From Thermoproteota archaeon (lineage in GTDB: Archaea > Thermoproteota > Thermoprotei_A > EX4484-217-1 > JAPDJV01), in assembly GCA_029258925.1 (NCBI GenBank), contig JAPDJV010000009.1, forward strand, positions 3,256 through 67,255: a stretch of DNA of 64,000 nt, read 5' to 3'. A program made the translations under genes and the position numbers. The notes beneath the pieces were generated by a model. That model had not been told where the DNA came from. It ran no database searches and saw only the letters and a list, made by a program, of their open reading frames with translations. This document shows positions 1 through 10,113 of the stretch, one piece after another. Numbering within the stretch: position 1 is the stretch's first letter; each line of letters starts with the position of its first letter.

Positions 1-1159
1 GAAGATCCTCTGTTCCATAGGTGCTCTCCATAATTAACGTCTCGACTCGGGGAAACCTATCGTTAGCTGGGTCTAGGAGTCTTGTTGGGGAATACTTGAA
101 GTCGCTTGTATACACTATATTGTGTAGTCCTTCTCCGATGTGGAGGTGTATTATTGCTGAGCCTAATATGTGTCCTGCATTGTATAATGTTAGTCTTATA
201 TCGGGTGCTATATCTGTGACTTCGCCATAATCTAGAGGGATTGTGTGAAGCACTGCCTTTTTAACTTCTCTTAAACCATATGGTAGAGATCTTCCCTCCC
301 TCTTCGAAAGCTCTAGGAAATCTAATTGCAATAGAACCATTAGGTCTCTCGTGGCTTTTGTCATATAAACCGGACCATTATATCCGTACTTGAATAGATA
401 TGGGACAAAGCCGCAGTGATCTAGATGCGCATGTGATACTACGACAGCGTCTAAATCCTCTACTCTGAAGTCACCTATATCTAGTCTAGGGTACGCTAGG
501 ATGTTTCTCTCTGCTCCAGGATTTATCCCTAAGTCTAGCAGTACTTTGCTCTCAGCGCTTTCAACAAGTATTGCTGACCTCCCTACTTCCATGAAGCCTC
601 CTAATGCAGTTACTCTTACGTGTCTATACTTGAAAATAGGAGATCTATGTATTCTCTGGCCTACTTGGCGGAGAATTTTTAGCCTATAATCGCTCTCACT
701 TACTATATGTTGTAATACTTGGGAAACAAGCTTAGACTCCAATGGGGGGACTCTTATAACAACAGGCCTCCATCCAGTTTCCCTCAGTATTTTCCTTAAT
801 AGTTGCCCCCCTTTTCCTATTACTAGGCCGGGTTTCTTAGCTTTTATTAGCATTTCGCCCAGAGTATTATCAAATATCATGTCCTTAATCTCGGCCTCGG
901 GGGGAGTTATCTCTAGAACTATTTTTTTAGCAAGCTCCTTCGGCTTCCGAATGGAAGGATCCGTTCTCACAACAACTCTTTTCTTTATAGTTTTAGCTAT
1001 CTGTCTTACTATTTGTGTTTTCTCGACTATTACTTCAGGCTTCTTCACGTAAATCGAGATTTCGGGGCCTTCGAATTCTATTCTAGTGACTTGCGCTTCT
1101 TTAGGTACCTCCTTTAAAATAGTCTCTCTTATAAGTTCTATTACATTCATTCTTCTCAA
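1..1159 (-). CDS. fttA: aCPSF1/FttA KH-domain beta-CASP ribonuclease (3' end runs off the window)
   Basis: Not in the ORF track. Manual translation gives [48 protein letters not shown] and [16 protein letters not shown] precedes TTG 1159/ATG 1150. Conserved position downstream of psmB. Confidence 0.93.
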   Translation of the reverse strand, partial: MRRMNVIELIRETILKEVPKEAQVTRIEFEGPEISIYVKKPEVIVEKTQIVRQIAKTIKKRVVVRTDPSIRKPKELAKKIVLEITPPEAEIKDMIFDNTLGEMLIKAKKPGLVIGKGGQLLRKILRETGWRPVVIRVPPLESKLVSQVLQHIVSESDYRLKILRQVGQRIHRSPIFKYRHVRVTALGGFMEVGRSAILVESAESKVLLDLGINPGAERNILAYPRLDIGDFRVEDLDAVVVSHAHLDHCGFVPYLFKYGYNGPVYMTKATRDLMVLLQLDFLELSKREGRSLPYGLREVKKAVLHTIPLDYGEVTDIAPDIRLTLYNAGHILGSAIIHLHIGEGLHNIVYTSDFKYSPTRLLDPANDRFPRVETLIMESTYGTEDL

Positions 1160-1317
1160 TATCTATTACCTCCTTTAATGACCCCCTTACACGTTAGTAA
1201 CATGATTTTATTGTATTACTTTAGAACCGCTTATACCATATAATGGATCACTTACGTTAATTTCACCAACTCTAATTATATGGCTAAAGTTCCCGAATAG
1301 GTTTTAGTATTGGAACG

Positions 1318-1989
1318 CTATAGTGAGTGTAAAATTTTATCTATCTCATCTTTAGGTAACTCCTCGTATTTCTTAGAAGTTATTTTTACGACATCTATTC
1401 CCTCGCCGCTTGCAGCATCTCTCTTCAAAGCAGAGCTTACTGCTTTAACCGCTAAGCGGACTGCCTCCTCTAGGCTTAAATCCTCTCTATATTCTGCTTC
1501 AATCACTCCAGAGGCTATAGGGGATCCCGAGCCTGTGACAAAACTTTTTTCCTCTGTAATTGTTCCAAACCAATCCACGCTATATATTCTGGGAGCATCG
1601 TCATAGCCTGCTATTATTAATTGGACCAGTATGGGGAAAGCTCTTGAAGCAAAGATTATTGTAGATGCAATTGATGCTACACCTCTTACCTTCAGCGGCC
1701 TCTTAGCTGTTAGCTGATAGTATTTGATGTATCCTCTTAATGTATCAGCTATTGCTTGAGCATCCGCTACTACTCCCGATATAGTTATGGCCATTCTATC
1801 AGTAAGCTTTAAAATCTTCTTAGCATGTTTATGGGCTATAAAGTATCCTGTAGTTGCCCTCTTATCGGCTGCCAGCACTACGCCTTCACTCACTACTAAT
1901 CCGACAGTTGTTGTCCCTTTCTTTAATGCCTGTTCCAAATATTTTCCTTCCCTACTATATGGTGTCATGAAACACACTATTATCACCAT
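1318..1989 (-). CDS. psmB: Proteasome beta subunit (catalytic, Thr1 after propeptide)
   Basis: KKG|TTTVG, AADKRAT, GSGS, RDAASG motifs. Confidence 0.95.
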   Translation of the reverse strand: MVIIVCFMTPYSREGKYLEQALKKGTTTVGLVVSEGVVLAADKRATTGYFIAHKHAKKILKLTDRMAITISGVVADAQAIADTLRGYIKYYQLTAKRPLKVRGVASIASTIIFASRAFPILVQLIIAGYDDAPRIYSVDWFGTITEEKSFVTGSGSPIASGVIEAEYREDLSLEEAVRLAVKAVSSALKRDAASGEGIDVVKITSKKYEELPKDEIDKILHSL

Positions 1990-2189
1990 GGTAACTTATG
2001 TGCATCTAAGTACTTGGAGTGGCGTTTGAGTCTCCAAGAATCAAATTAATGCCACTTTCCTTACCATATAAGGTATTAGGAGGTAAGAAATATAAAAGGT
2101 TTTGTAATCTATCATGTAGATATACAGGAGTTGCTACAGATAAAAACCTGCGTGTATTTATGGCCAATATCTTAAGGTGTTGACCAGTA

Positions 2190-3254
2190 ATGTGTGCTAA
2201 GAGGATACATATAATTGATTTACCTAAGAAAATTGTTGTTGGAAGAAGTGTTAGATACAACATATCACAGTACATAAAGGAGATTTTACCAAATATTAGT
2301 TCCTGCCTCGTAATAACTGGCCCCCACGTATATAAAATTGCAACTAAGGAAATATTGGAGTTTCTTGAAGAAAGTGGTATTAATGTGAGTAATATGATAG
2401 TGGAAGACTCCTCTATTAAAACTGTCGAGAAAGTGCTTAATGAAGTCAGAGATTTGAATGTAGACTCCATAATCAGTGTGGGAGGAGGAAAGGTAATAGA
2501 CGTAGGCAAGTTTGTGGCATTTAAGAAAAATATTCCTTTCATAAGTATGCCTACTGCTGCATCCCATGACGGGATAGCATCTCCATTTGCATCTATAAAG
2601 GGGTTGGAAAGGCCCACTTCTGTTAGAACAAGAGAACCTGTGATGATAATTGCAGACACGGAGATCATAACTAAAGCGCCACGAAGACTCCTAATATCCG
2701 GTTCAGGAGACGCTATTGCCAAGTTGACTGCAGTGCTCGACTGGCGTCTTGCATACAAGTTGAAAAACGAGTACTACGGGGAATATGCAGCATCATTGGC
2801 GCTGTTATCCGCTAAACATATCATAAACTTTTCGGACGTCATCAGACGTTACGATGAGGAGGCTGTTAGAGTTGTAATAGAGGCGTTGATAAGTAGTAGT
2901 ATAGCCATGTGCATAGCTGGGTCAACTAGACCTTGTAGTGGATCAGAACACTTGTTCAGCCACGCTCTTGACGTTGTAGCTCCTAAACCAGCGTTACACG
3001 GAGAGCAGTGTGGCGTTGGAACCATAATGATGTCTTACCTTCATGGGAGGAACTGGCGTAAAGTAAAGAACACTTTGAGGAAGATAGGAGCTCCAACTAC
3101 TGCTAAGGAGCTTGGGATCTCCGATTATCATGTAATTAAAGCCCTTACTATAGCCCACAAAATTAGGCCCGAAAGATATACTATTCTAGGGGAGTCCGGA
3201 TTAACATGGGAGGCTGCTGAGAATCTAGCGAGGATCACGGGAGTAATAGATTAA
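2190..3254 (+). CDS. egsA: sn-glycerol-1-phosphate dehydrogenase
   Basis: GGGKVIDVGK, PTAASHDGIASP, RPCSGSEH, HGEQCG. Confidence 0.96.
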   Translation: MCAKRIHIIDLPKKIVVGRSVRYNISQYIKEILPNISSCLVITGPHVYKIATKEILEFLEESGINVSNMIVEDSSIKTVEKVLNEVRDLNVDSIISVGGGKVIDVGKFVAFKKNIPFISMPTAASHDGIASPFASIKGLERPTSVRTREPVMIIADTEIITKAPRRLLISGSGDAIAKLTAVLDWRLAYKLKNEYYGEYAASLALLSAKHIINFSDVIRRYDEEAVRVVIEALISSSIAMCIAGSTRPCSGSEHLFSHALDVVAPKPALHGEQCGVGTIMMSYLHGRNWRKVKNTLRKIGAPTTAKELGISDYHVIKALTIAHKIRPERYTILGESGLTWEAAENLARITGVID

Positions 3255-3306
3255 AAGCATCAGATAATAGAACACGACCAAAAGTATGCGTGGAAGGGAG
3301 TGAGCC

Positions 3307-3744
3307 TTGAAATTCATTGTAGCATTGGTGGGAGCTAAGCTTGCAAGACCTGGGATGAAATTTCTACATGGAACCCCTAATAAAATATGTAAGTCATGCA
3401 AATATTATAGAGTATGCATGGGCAACTTGGAGCCTGGAAGAGTCTATGAGGTTGTTAGAGTTAGACCAATAAAACATGAGTGTCCCCTCCACGAGGGAGG
3501 TGTCATTGTTGTAGAGGTTAAAGAAGCTGAAGTTTATGCTCTCATATATAGAAGACTTGCTATTGAGGGGGCAATAATCACATATCATCCTATATTCTGT
3601 GAGAATCCATGTAGCTTATCGAATCTATGTGTGCCCCTTGGTTTGAAAGATGGTGATAAGTGTAAAATTATTAAGGTTTTAGAGAAAGTCGACTGTCCTC
3701 TAGGAAAACCTCTTTCAAAATGTTTACTTCTTAGGGTTCAATAA
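3307..3744 (+). CDS. UPF0179 family Cys-rich protein
   Basis: Cys pattern, CPLHEGGV; usual neighbour of egsA. Confidence 0.8.
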   Translation: MKFIVALVGAKLARPGMKFLHGTPNKICKSCKYYRVCMGNLEPGRVYEVVRVRPIKHECPLHEGGVIVVEVKEAEVYALIYRRLAIEGAIITYHPIFCENPCSLSNLCVPLGLKDGDKCKIIKVLEKVDCPLGKPLSKCLLLRVQ

Positions 3745-3752
3745 ACTTATTG

Positions 3753-4442
3753 TTATCCTCCGAACGCGTAGGTCTCGACGAATTCCACCACCTTCACTCC
3801 TTCAACGTATTTAACGATTTCTCTTGCTATGGCTTTCTTAGCATATTGAATATCTTCAACTAAGTAAACCTCTTCTGGAAGTCTTATGACAACTTTATTC
3901 TCACTTAAGTCCACGCCAACTTTTTCTAAGTCAATCCCTTTTACTCTTCTCTCTATGAGTGCTAGAATCTTTTCTTTTGGATTCTCAATCTTCTTCAGCA
4001 CTTTTACTTTATATACTATTGTTTTCCCTGCGAGCGGGTGGTTAAAGTCAACAACAACTCTCCCGCCCGTAATGCTCCTTATGACGGCCGGGAACCCCCC
4101 TATCTCAACTACATCTCCAACTCTAGGTGTAATTTTCCTCTTCAAAAATTCCCTTAGAGACACCATTTTTACTTTTGACCTATCCCTTTCGCCATAAGCC
4201 TTCTTTGGTTCTACCTCTACTTCTCTTTCTTCTCCCACTTCGAAACTTAATAAAGCCTCCTCTAAACCCTTTACTACTCTATGCTCACCTACTATAACTA
4301 GCAGAGGCCTGTAGACTTTATCTTCTCTTAGTATCTTGTTTTCCCTGGCGACGTCTTTAAGCGTTGTATCTATTATCTCGCCTGTTTCCTTTATTTTCGC
4401 TATGTAATCTATTAACACGAAGTCGCCTTCCTTGAAGGACAT
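3753..4442 (-). CDS. slyD: FKBP-type peptidyl-prolyl cis-trans isomerase (long archaeal SlyD type)
   Basis: GDFVLIDY, KAYGERD, VDFNHPLAGKT. Confidence 0.93.
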   Translation of the reverse strand: MSFKEGDFVLIDYIAKIKETGEIIDTTLKDVARENKILREDKVYRPLLVIVGEHRVVKGLEEALLSFEVGEEREVEVEPKKAYGERDRSKVKMVSLREFLKRKITPRVGDVVEIGGFPAVIRSITGGRVVVDFNHPLAGKTIVYKVKVLKKIENPKEKILALIERRVKGIDLEKVGVDLSENKVVIRLPEEVYLVEDIQYAKKAIAREIVKYVEGVKVVEFVETYAFGG

Positions 4443-4537
4443 AGGATCACCACTATCGCGAAGTTGATTAGAGTTTAGTCCTTTCTTAGCTTAATTTATC
4501 TGTAATAAATAGTTTTTCCATTCTAGGATGAAGCGGC

Positions 4538-5092
4538 CTATCCGCCTTTGCGAAGATACCATCCCTTATCGATTAATACTTCTATAATTTTCTTTCCGTA
4601 ATTCAATTCTCTAATTCTACCTAGAGCGATGGGTTCATGTGCTGATGTAATGACTACAACATATTTTTTGTGAATTGGTGGAAAAATTCTGATAACATTT
4701 TCCCAGAAAATATTCCTCCCATAAAGAGCTAGTTGCGTTGCTTTTTCATTGACCATTATTGCATTCCTTCTGCTAATGTTGTAAAGCACCTCCGAGGACT
4801 CCAGACTAGGTATGTAACGTATTCTATTTTTCTTAACATACATACGTCCTAAGAATAATCCTATTGAATACGGTTCCAGTCCAACATTCTTTATTTCCAT
4901 GAACATTTCATATAGTTGCGTTGAGACTAAGAATACTTCATACCGCTTGTTCCTAGCAACCACTATAATGTTATTCTTTAAGAAGTCCTCAACACATTCG
5001 GTGCCAAACATTTCACTCAAAACTTTTTTAATAACTCCAACTTCTCTATCCCGTGCGTTCTCAAACACTAGCTTTCTTTTATCAGCTTGCAT
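4538..5092 (-). CDS. Nip7-like PUA-domain ribosome biogenesis protein
   Basis: PYSIGLFLG, LYGRNIF, C-terminal DKGWYLRKGG; coupled to the m5C methyltransferase. True start may be GTG near 5068. Confidence 0.75.
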   Translation of the reverse strand: MQADKRKLVFENARDREVGVIKKVLSEMFGTECVEDFLKNNIIVVARNKRYEVFLVSTQLYEMFMEIKNVGLEPYSIGLFLGRMYVKKNRIRYIPSLESSEVLYNISRRNAIMVNEKATQLALYGRNIFWENVIRIFPPIHKKYVVVITSAHEPIALGRIRELNYGKKIIEVLIDKGWYLRKGG

Positions 5093-6054
5093 ACGAAAAA
5101 CCCCAATGTTCCATGTTTATGTGGGTAGAGTCTCAGACATTTAGATAGATCTTTTGATAGCTTTACCCCAAAAATCTCCGTAAACCCTGGGTCTCCCGCA
5201 ATGGGTGAATGTATTTCCTCTATCTTTACACCATAATTTAAGACCTGGTTTACCACAAACTCGTTTTCCTCAGGTGCAATACTACACGTCGAGTAGACTA
5301 TGGTTCCTCCATTTAGAACCAGTTTAATAGCAGTTCTTAGAAGTTCTACTTGAAGTTTCTGCATCTTAAATATGTCATCTAGGCTTCTACAAGTTCTTCT
5401 GCTATGGTTTATAGCGAGTAAACCCTCTCCAGAGCATGGTGCATCCAAAAGCACTTTATCAAATCTCTCCCTAAATTTAGTTGCCAATTTTAAGACGTCC
5501 ATCCTAACCATTAAGACGTTTCTTACTCCAAGCCTATTAATATTGGATCTTAACGCTCTTATTCTGTCTCTCGATTTTTCAACTGCAACAATAACGCCTT
5601 TGTTCTCCATGAGATCTGCTAGATGACAAGTTTTTCCGCCCGGAGCAGCACACATATCTAATACCGTGTCCCTTGGAGACGGGTTGAGGACTATTGGGGG
5701 GATCATAGATGCTGCACTCTGAACGTAGTAGTATCCCATTAAATATTCTAGTGTGGCTCCAAGAGGATACTGGCCGCCTTCAACCCAGTAGCCTGTTCGA
5801 GTCCAAGGAATATTCTTTAAAACAAAGTTTTTTCTACTAAGTCTTCTCTCAAGCTCCTCTGGGCTGATTTTTAAAGTATTGCATCTAATGGCCTTCTCAG
5901 GTGGTTTCTGTATGGATTTAAGTAGCATGATTGCGCCTTCGACGCCGAGCATCTTAATGTAGCGCTCCGCCATATAGGGAAGTACTTTAAAATCTCTAGA
6001 AAGGCGGATTGCTGTAGGAGAGGGCTTAGCATAGTTCCTGCTTATATACAACAA
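5068..6054 (-). CDS. RsmB/NOP2/Sun RNA cytosine-C5 methyltransferase
   Basis: VLDMCAAPGGKT, LLDAPCSG, YSTCS, EENE. Confidence 0.95.
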   Translation of the reverse strand: MLYISRNYAKPSPTAIRLSRDFKVLPYMAERYIKMLGVEGAIMLLKSIQKPPEKAIRCNTLKISPEELERRLSRKNFVLKNIPWTRTGYWVEGGQYPLGATLEYLMGYYYVQSAASMIPPIVLNPSPRDTVLDMCAAPGGKTCHLADLMENKGVIVAVEKSRDRIRALRSNINRLGVRNVLMVRMDVLKLATKFRERFDKVLLDAPCSGEGLLAINHSRRTCRSLDDIFKMQKLQVELLRTAIKLVLNGGTIVYSTCSIAPEENEFVVNQVLNYGVKIEEIHSPIAGDPGFTEIFGVKLSKDLSKCLRLYPHKHGTLGFFVCKLIKES

Positions 6055-6261
6055 TATTTTCCACCATCTTAATTAGAAGAGTTAAGTTAGATATATTCAT
6101 TTAAGGGATCTAGGCCTCGAAGCTGTAGTAGAACATCTAGTCAGTTTTCCAACATTACATTCATAGATAACATTGTGTAAGAATTATGCTATAAAAATAA
6201 ACAGCTAAGCTTAACACTTTAAATGAAGCTTAATTGGTATAGCTAGTTTAAACTGCGTGGT

Positions 6262-6852
6262 TTGGTGGAGATAGAAGTGTTCGAGATAGAGCTTAAGGCT
6301 AGTATTAGAAGAGAGAAATTAGATGATTTAAGAAAAAGAATTACAGAACTCGGAGGAACTCGTATTGGTGTATTTAGGCAAGTAGATGTTTACTTAAATC
6401 ATCCCTGCAGGGATTTTGCAAAAACCGATGAAGCCCTTAGAATACGTGATCACAATGGTAAAGTAGAACTTACATATAAGGGTGCCCGGGTTCATGAAGA
6501 TTGTAAGTGTAGAGTTGAAAAAACTATTGAAGTAAAAACATCTATCAATGACATGCTAGAATTTCTGTCGTATCTGGGCTTCAGTAAGGTGTTTGAGATT
6601 GTCAAGAACAGAGAAATCTATAGTGTAAATAGGAAAGGCTATATGATCAATATATGCCTTGACGACGTGTTAGACTTAGGATTCTTCGTTGAAGTGGAGC
6701 TTTTTTCTGCTGAAAACGCTATTAATGAGAGTATAAATGTGCTTAAAAGCGTGTTAAGGGATTTGGGACTAACAGGACCTTATATAACAAAATCGTATCT
6801 TGAAATCCTGTTAGATAAGAGGGGTGAAAATGAGAGTTTTAATATTGTCTGA
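6262..6852 (+). CDS. cyaB: CYTH-domain protein (class IV adenylate cyclase-like/triphosphatase)
   Basis: EIELK, QVDVY, DEALRIR, LTYKG, LGFFVEVE, SYLE. Confidence 0.9.
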   Translation: MVEIEVFEIELKASIRREKLDDLRKRITELGGTRIGVFRQVDVYLNHPCRDFAKTDEALRIRDHNGKVELTYKGARVHEDCKCRVEKTIEVKTSINDMLEFLSYLGFSKVFEIVKNREIYSVNRKGYMINICLDDVLDLGFFVEVELFSAENAINESINVLKSVLRDLGLTGPYITKSYLEILLDKRGENESFNIV

Positions 6853-7507
6853 TATACATGGAGCAGTTAAAAAAGTTAGGAAGCTGAGAAGCCTTTTAAG
6901 TGACGTAAGGTATGATGTAATTGTAGTAGCTGGGGATCTAACCGATTTTGGACCAATAAACCTTGCTAAAGACATAATTGATATATTGTCTGCTATCTCA
7001 AATAGAATTTACTATGTTGCAGGGAACTGTGATCCCCCTGAAATGCTCAATGGAATACCTGGTTGGGAGGAAGGGAATCTCCATTTGAACGCTGTGATTG
7101 TAGAGGACTATCTACTGTTTGGTATTGGAGGAAGCACTATAACTCCCTTCAATACATTTATAGAATTTTCTGAGGAAGAAATGTTGGAGATGTTAAATAG
7201 TTTATCAAAAACTTTAGAGGATAAAAGTGGTTTGGAAACGCTTAAAATCATGGTTTCCCACACGCCTCCATGGAATACCCCACTAGATACAACATTTTCT
7301 AAAATACATGTCGGGAGCATTACTATAAGAGAATTCATTCAGCGCATTAAACCAATACTGGTAATAGTAGGCCATATTCACGAGGGAAGAGGGGTAATCG
7401 AGCTTGGAGGAAGCGTTGTAGTGAACCCTGGCCCTCTTAGATCGGGATATTACGCTGAAGCAAATATAATAGGCGACCGCGTGAATATTGAGTTAAAGAA
7501 ATTATAA
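6824..7507 (+). CDS. Calcineurin-like metallophosphoesterase
   Basis: SDIHG, AGDLT, GNCD, HTPP, GHIHE, NPG. Confidence 0.92.
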   Translation: MKMRVLILSDIHGAVKKVRKLRSLLSDVRYDVIVVAGDLTDFGPINLAKDIIDILSAISNRIYYVAGNCDPPEMLNGIPGWEEGNLHLNAVIVEDYLLFGIGGSTITPFNTFIEFSEEEMLEMLNSLSKTLEDKSGLETLKIMVSHTPPWNTPLDTTFSKIHVGSITIREFIQRIKPILVIVGHIHEGRGVIELGGSVVVNPGPLRSGYYAEANIIGDRVNIELKKL

Positions 7508-7512
7508 TATTT

Positions 7513-8691
7513 TTAAAGTCCTCCGTCTAGTAATGTTTTGTCTGCTACTTGAAGCGCGTTAAATGCTCTAGTCGAAGTTATAACCTCGTGGCTCAGCAGG
7601 ATGCTTGATATTCCTGTAAGCGTTAATATTACTTCCTTCCTCCCAATCCAGCCCATGTTACCTAGTCTAATCATTCTGTGTTTGAATTCCCCAATTCCCC
7701 TTGCAACACATATATTCCACTTTGTATAGAGTTCGTTGGAAATAGTGTTACTGTCAATGCTGTCTCCGGTCCAAAAGGCTATTACAGTGTTTGATCTGAA
7801 TTCTTCTCTCTTAGGTACAATGCTTAAGCCGAGCTCCTTAAGAGCATTGTAAAATGCCTGGGCACATACCCTATGTCTATGGATTCTTTTATCTAACCCC
7901 TCTTCTAATATCATGCTAGTTGCCTCGTCTAGTGCATAGAATAGTGGTATTGCAGGCGTGAATGGTGTTTCCTTTCTTTCATAGAACTTATTTAATTTGG
8001 AGAAGCTGAAGTAGTAGCACACGGTATTCTTAGCTTTATTCTCGGCAATCTTCAACGCTTCGTCGCTTACGGAAATCATTGAAAGCCCGGGCGGGCAGGC
8101 TAGACATTTTTGGCTTCCTGTTACAACTATGTCAAGCTTCCATTCGTCGACTGGTAAAATATCTCCTCCTAATATTGAGACGGCATCAACTATTGTCAAC
8201 AACCCCCTCTTCTTTGCTTCCCTTGAAATTAAAGGAAGAAGCCTATTAGTTACACCCGTAGACGTCTCGTTATACACTATAAATATTGCCTCTGCATCTC
8301 CACTCTCATCAAGTGCCTCTTTCACTTTTTCAAGAGGCGGAACATCGCCGACCTCTGATGATAAAACTATAGGTATTCCACCATAAACTTCAATTTTCTC
8401 TCTAATTCTCTTACCGAACTCTCCGTACACTAACACTATGTACTTTCTACCCTTTTCCACAATATTAGCAATAGACGCTTCCACTCCCCCAGTACCAGAG
8501 GAAGTTAATATGAATATCTTGTTCTCTGTTTTGAATATTTTCTTTAATTTTGCTTCAACTCTCTCATAAATTTCCTTGAAATCTCCTGATCTATGGCTTA
8601 TCATGTGTCTAGTCATTGCTGAGAGCACTCTATCTGGGACTTCAACAGGTCCGGGTGTCATGAGTAGTCTTCTCTTGATCATGGAGGACAC
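7513..8691 (-). CDS. Class V PLP aminotransferase (serine-pyruvate/alanine-glyoxylate family)
   Basis: TPGP, SGTGG, NETSTGV, VDAVS, GSQKCL. Confidence 0.92.
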   Translation of the reverse strand: MSSMIKRRLLMTPGPVEVPDRVLSAMTRHMISHRSGDFKEIYERVEAKLKKIFKTENKIFILTSSGTGGVEASIANIVEKGRKYIVLVYGEFGKRIREKIEVYGGIPIVLSSEVGDVPPLEKVKEALDESGDAEAIFIVYNETSTGVTNRLLPLISREAKKRGLLTIVDAVSILGGDILPVDEWKLDIVVTGSQKCLACPPGLSMISVSDEALKIAENKAKNTVCYYFSFSKLNKFYERKETPFTPAIPLFYALDEATSMILEEGLDKRIHRHRVCAQAFYNALKELGLSIVPKREEFRSNTVIAFWTGDSIDSNTISNELYTKWNICVARGIGEFKHRMIRLGNMGWIGRKEVILTLTGISSILLSHEVITSTRAFNALQVADKTLLDGGL

Positions 8692-8751
8692 CGACTAATT
8701 ACTTTAAATAATTAGGTGAGTTAGATAATTGTTGAGTGATATTTATACTAA

Positions 8752-9570
8752 GTGGTGTTAACTATGATAATAGCTTTGCTTACGGATTTCGGTAACGTGG
8801 ACACCTATGTTGCCTCTATGAAATCTGTGATCACCTCTATTAATCCCAGCGCTAGAATAATTGATGTAACTCACGAAATACATAGTTACAGTATTAGGGA
8901 GGCTGCATTCAAACTATTTTTAGCTAAGAAAGATTTTCCTAAGAAAACAATTTTTGTTGTTGTGGTGGATCCAGGTGTTGGCACGAAGAGGAGGCCGTTA
9001 CTAATAAAAACTAAGACCCATTATTACGTTGGACCCGATAATGGCGTGCTCTATGAGGCTGCTAGTAGTGATGGGATTACATCTATTTACGAGATAATTA
9101 ATAGGGACTTCTACTTAAAGCCCACATCCAATACATTCCATGGAAGAGACATTTTTGCTATTACGGCAGCCTGGATAAGCATAGGTACGCCTCCCTCTCT
9201 CCTGGGGAAACCTGTAAGAGAAGACGGTATAGTGAGACTCAAAGTACTGGACTACGATTATTCTGAAAAGGAGATTCGCGGCAGAATTATCTGCCATGAT
9301 AGGTTCGGAAACATCCTAACTAATATCCCATTTAAGGAAGTAGAATGGTTAAAATATGGTAAGGAGTTTATCGTGGAATCGAGTGGGGAAAAATATTTGT
9401 GTAGATTTGTCAGAACATTTCAAGAACTGGAGAGGGGAGAACTGGGTATTATAGTTGATAGTTACGGGTTTTTGGAAATAGTATCGAACATGGAATCTGC
9501 CGTGGAAATATCAAAGTTTAGAGAGGGAGATCCCCTGAGAATAAGGCCTCTTAACAAGCTCGCGGGGTGA
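8752..9570 (+). CDS. SAM hydroxide adenosyltransferase (DUF62)
   Basis: LLTDFG, VVDPGVGT, GPDNG, TFHGRDIFA, DRFGN. Confidence 0.92.
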   Translation: MVLTMIIALLTDFGNVDTYVASMKSVITSINPSARIIDVTHEIHSYSIREAAFKLFLAKKDFPKKTIFVVVVDPGVGTKRRPLLIKTKTHYYVGPDNGVLYEAASSDGITSIYEIINRDFYLKPTSNTFHGRDIFAITAAWISIGTPPSLLGKPVREDGIVRLKVLDYDYSEKEIRGRIICHDRFGNILTNIPFKEVEWLKYGKEFIVESSGEKYLCRFVRTFQELERGELGIIVDSYGFLEIVSNMESAVEISKFREGDPLRIRPLNKLAG

Positions 9571-9576
9571 GCATCT

Positions 9577-10113
9577 ATTAGGGGTATATATATTGGGAGA
9601 TTTCAGCCTCCCCATAAAGGTCACATGATGGTGATCAAGAGACTTGTCGAAGAAGTTGACGAACTAATCATAGGCATTGGGAGCGCTCAATTAAGTCACA
9701 CCATTGACAATCCATTTACAGGGGGAGAGAGGGTGTTAATGATGAAGGAAGCATTAATAGAGTATGAAGTGGACTTGTCTAGAGTCTACATAATTCCCGT
9801 ACCCGACATAGAAATGAACCATGTGTGGCCTCGATACGTTTCACTGCTTACCCCTCCTTTCGATGTAGTGTTCTCCGGCAACCCTCTTGTGAAAAGACTT
9901 TTCATGGAGTCAGGGTTTACTGTTAGGACTCCACCATTCTTTAATAGAGAAGTATATAGTGGTAAGAAGATTAGGAGGCTGATGCTGGAGAGTGGGGATT
10001 GGGAACAATATGTTCCCAGCAGTGTCGTTAGGGTGATTAAGGATATTAGAGGGGTTGAGAGGTTAATCGAGATATGTAAATCAGACGAGGTCTTCGAGGG
10101 GGATGGTAAGTGA
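9577..10113 (+). CDS. nadM: Nicotinamide-nucleotide adenylyltransferase (probable ATT start)
   Basis: The frame extends upstream of the track ATG (9625) to (I/M)RGIYIGRFQPPHKGH. Also GIGSAQ and NPFTGGER. In-frame stop at 9568-9570. Confidence 0.9.
   Translation: MRGIYIGRFQPPHKGHMMVIKRLVEEVDELIIGIGSAQLSHTIDNPFTGGERVLMMKEALIEYEVDLSRVYIIPVPDIEMNHVWPRYVSLLTPPFDVVFSGNPLVKRLFMESGFTVRTPPFFNREVYSGKKIRRLMLESGDWEQYVPSSVVRVIKDIRGVERLIEICKSDEVFEGDGK

Noticed and set aside
2006-2758. 250-aa minus-strand ORF and the many other antisense ORFs (e.g. 25914-26495, 35172-35741, 41161-41775, 47398-47931)
   Set aside because: Shadow frames opposite well-supported conserved genes; no motifs.
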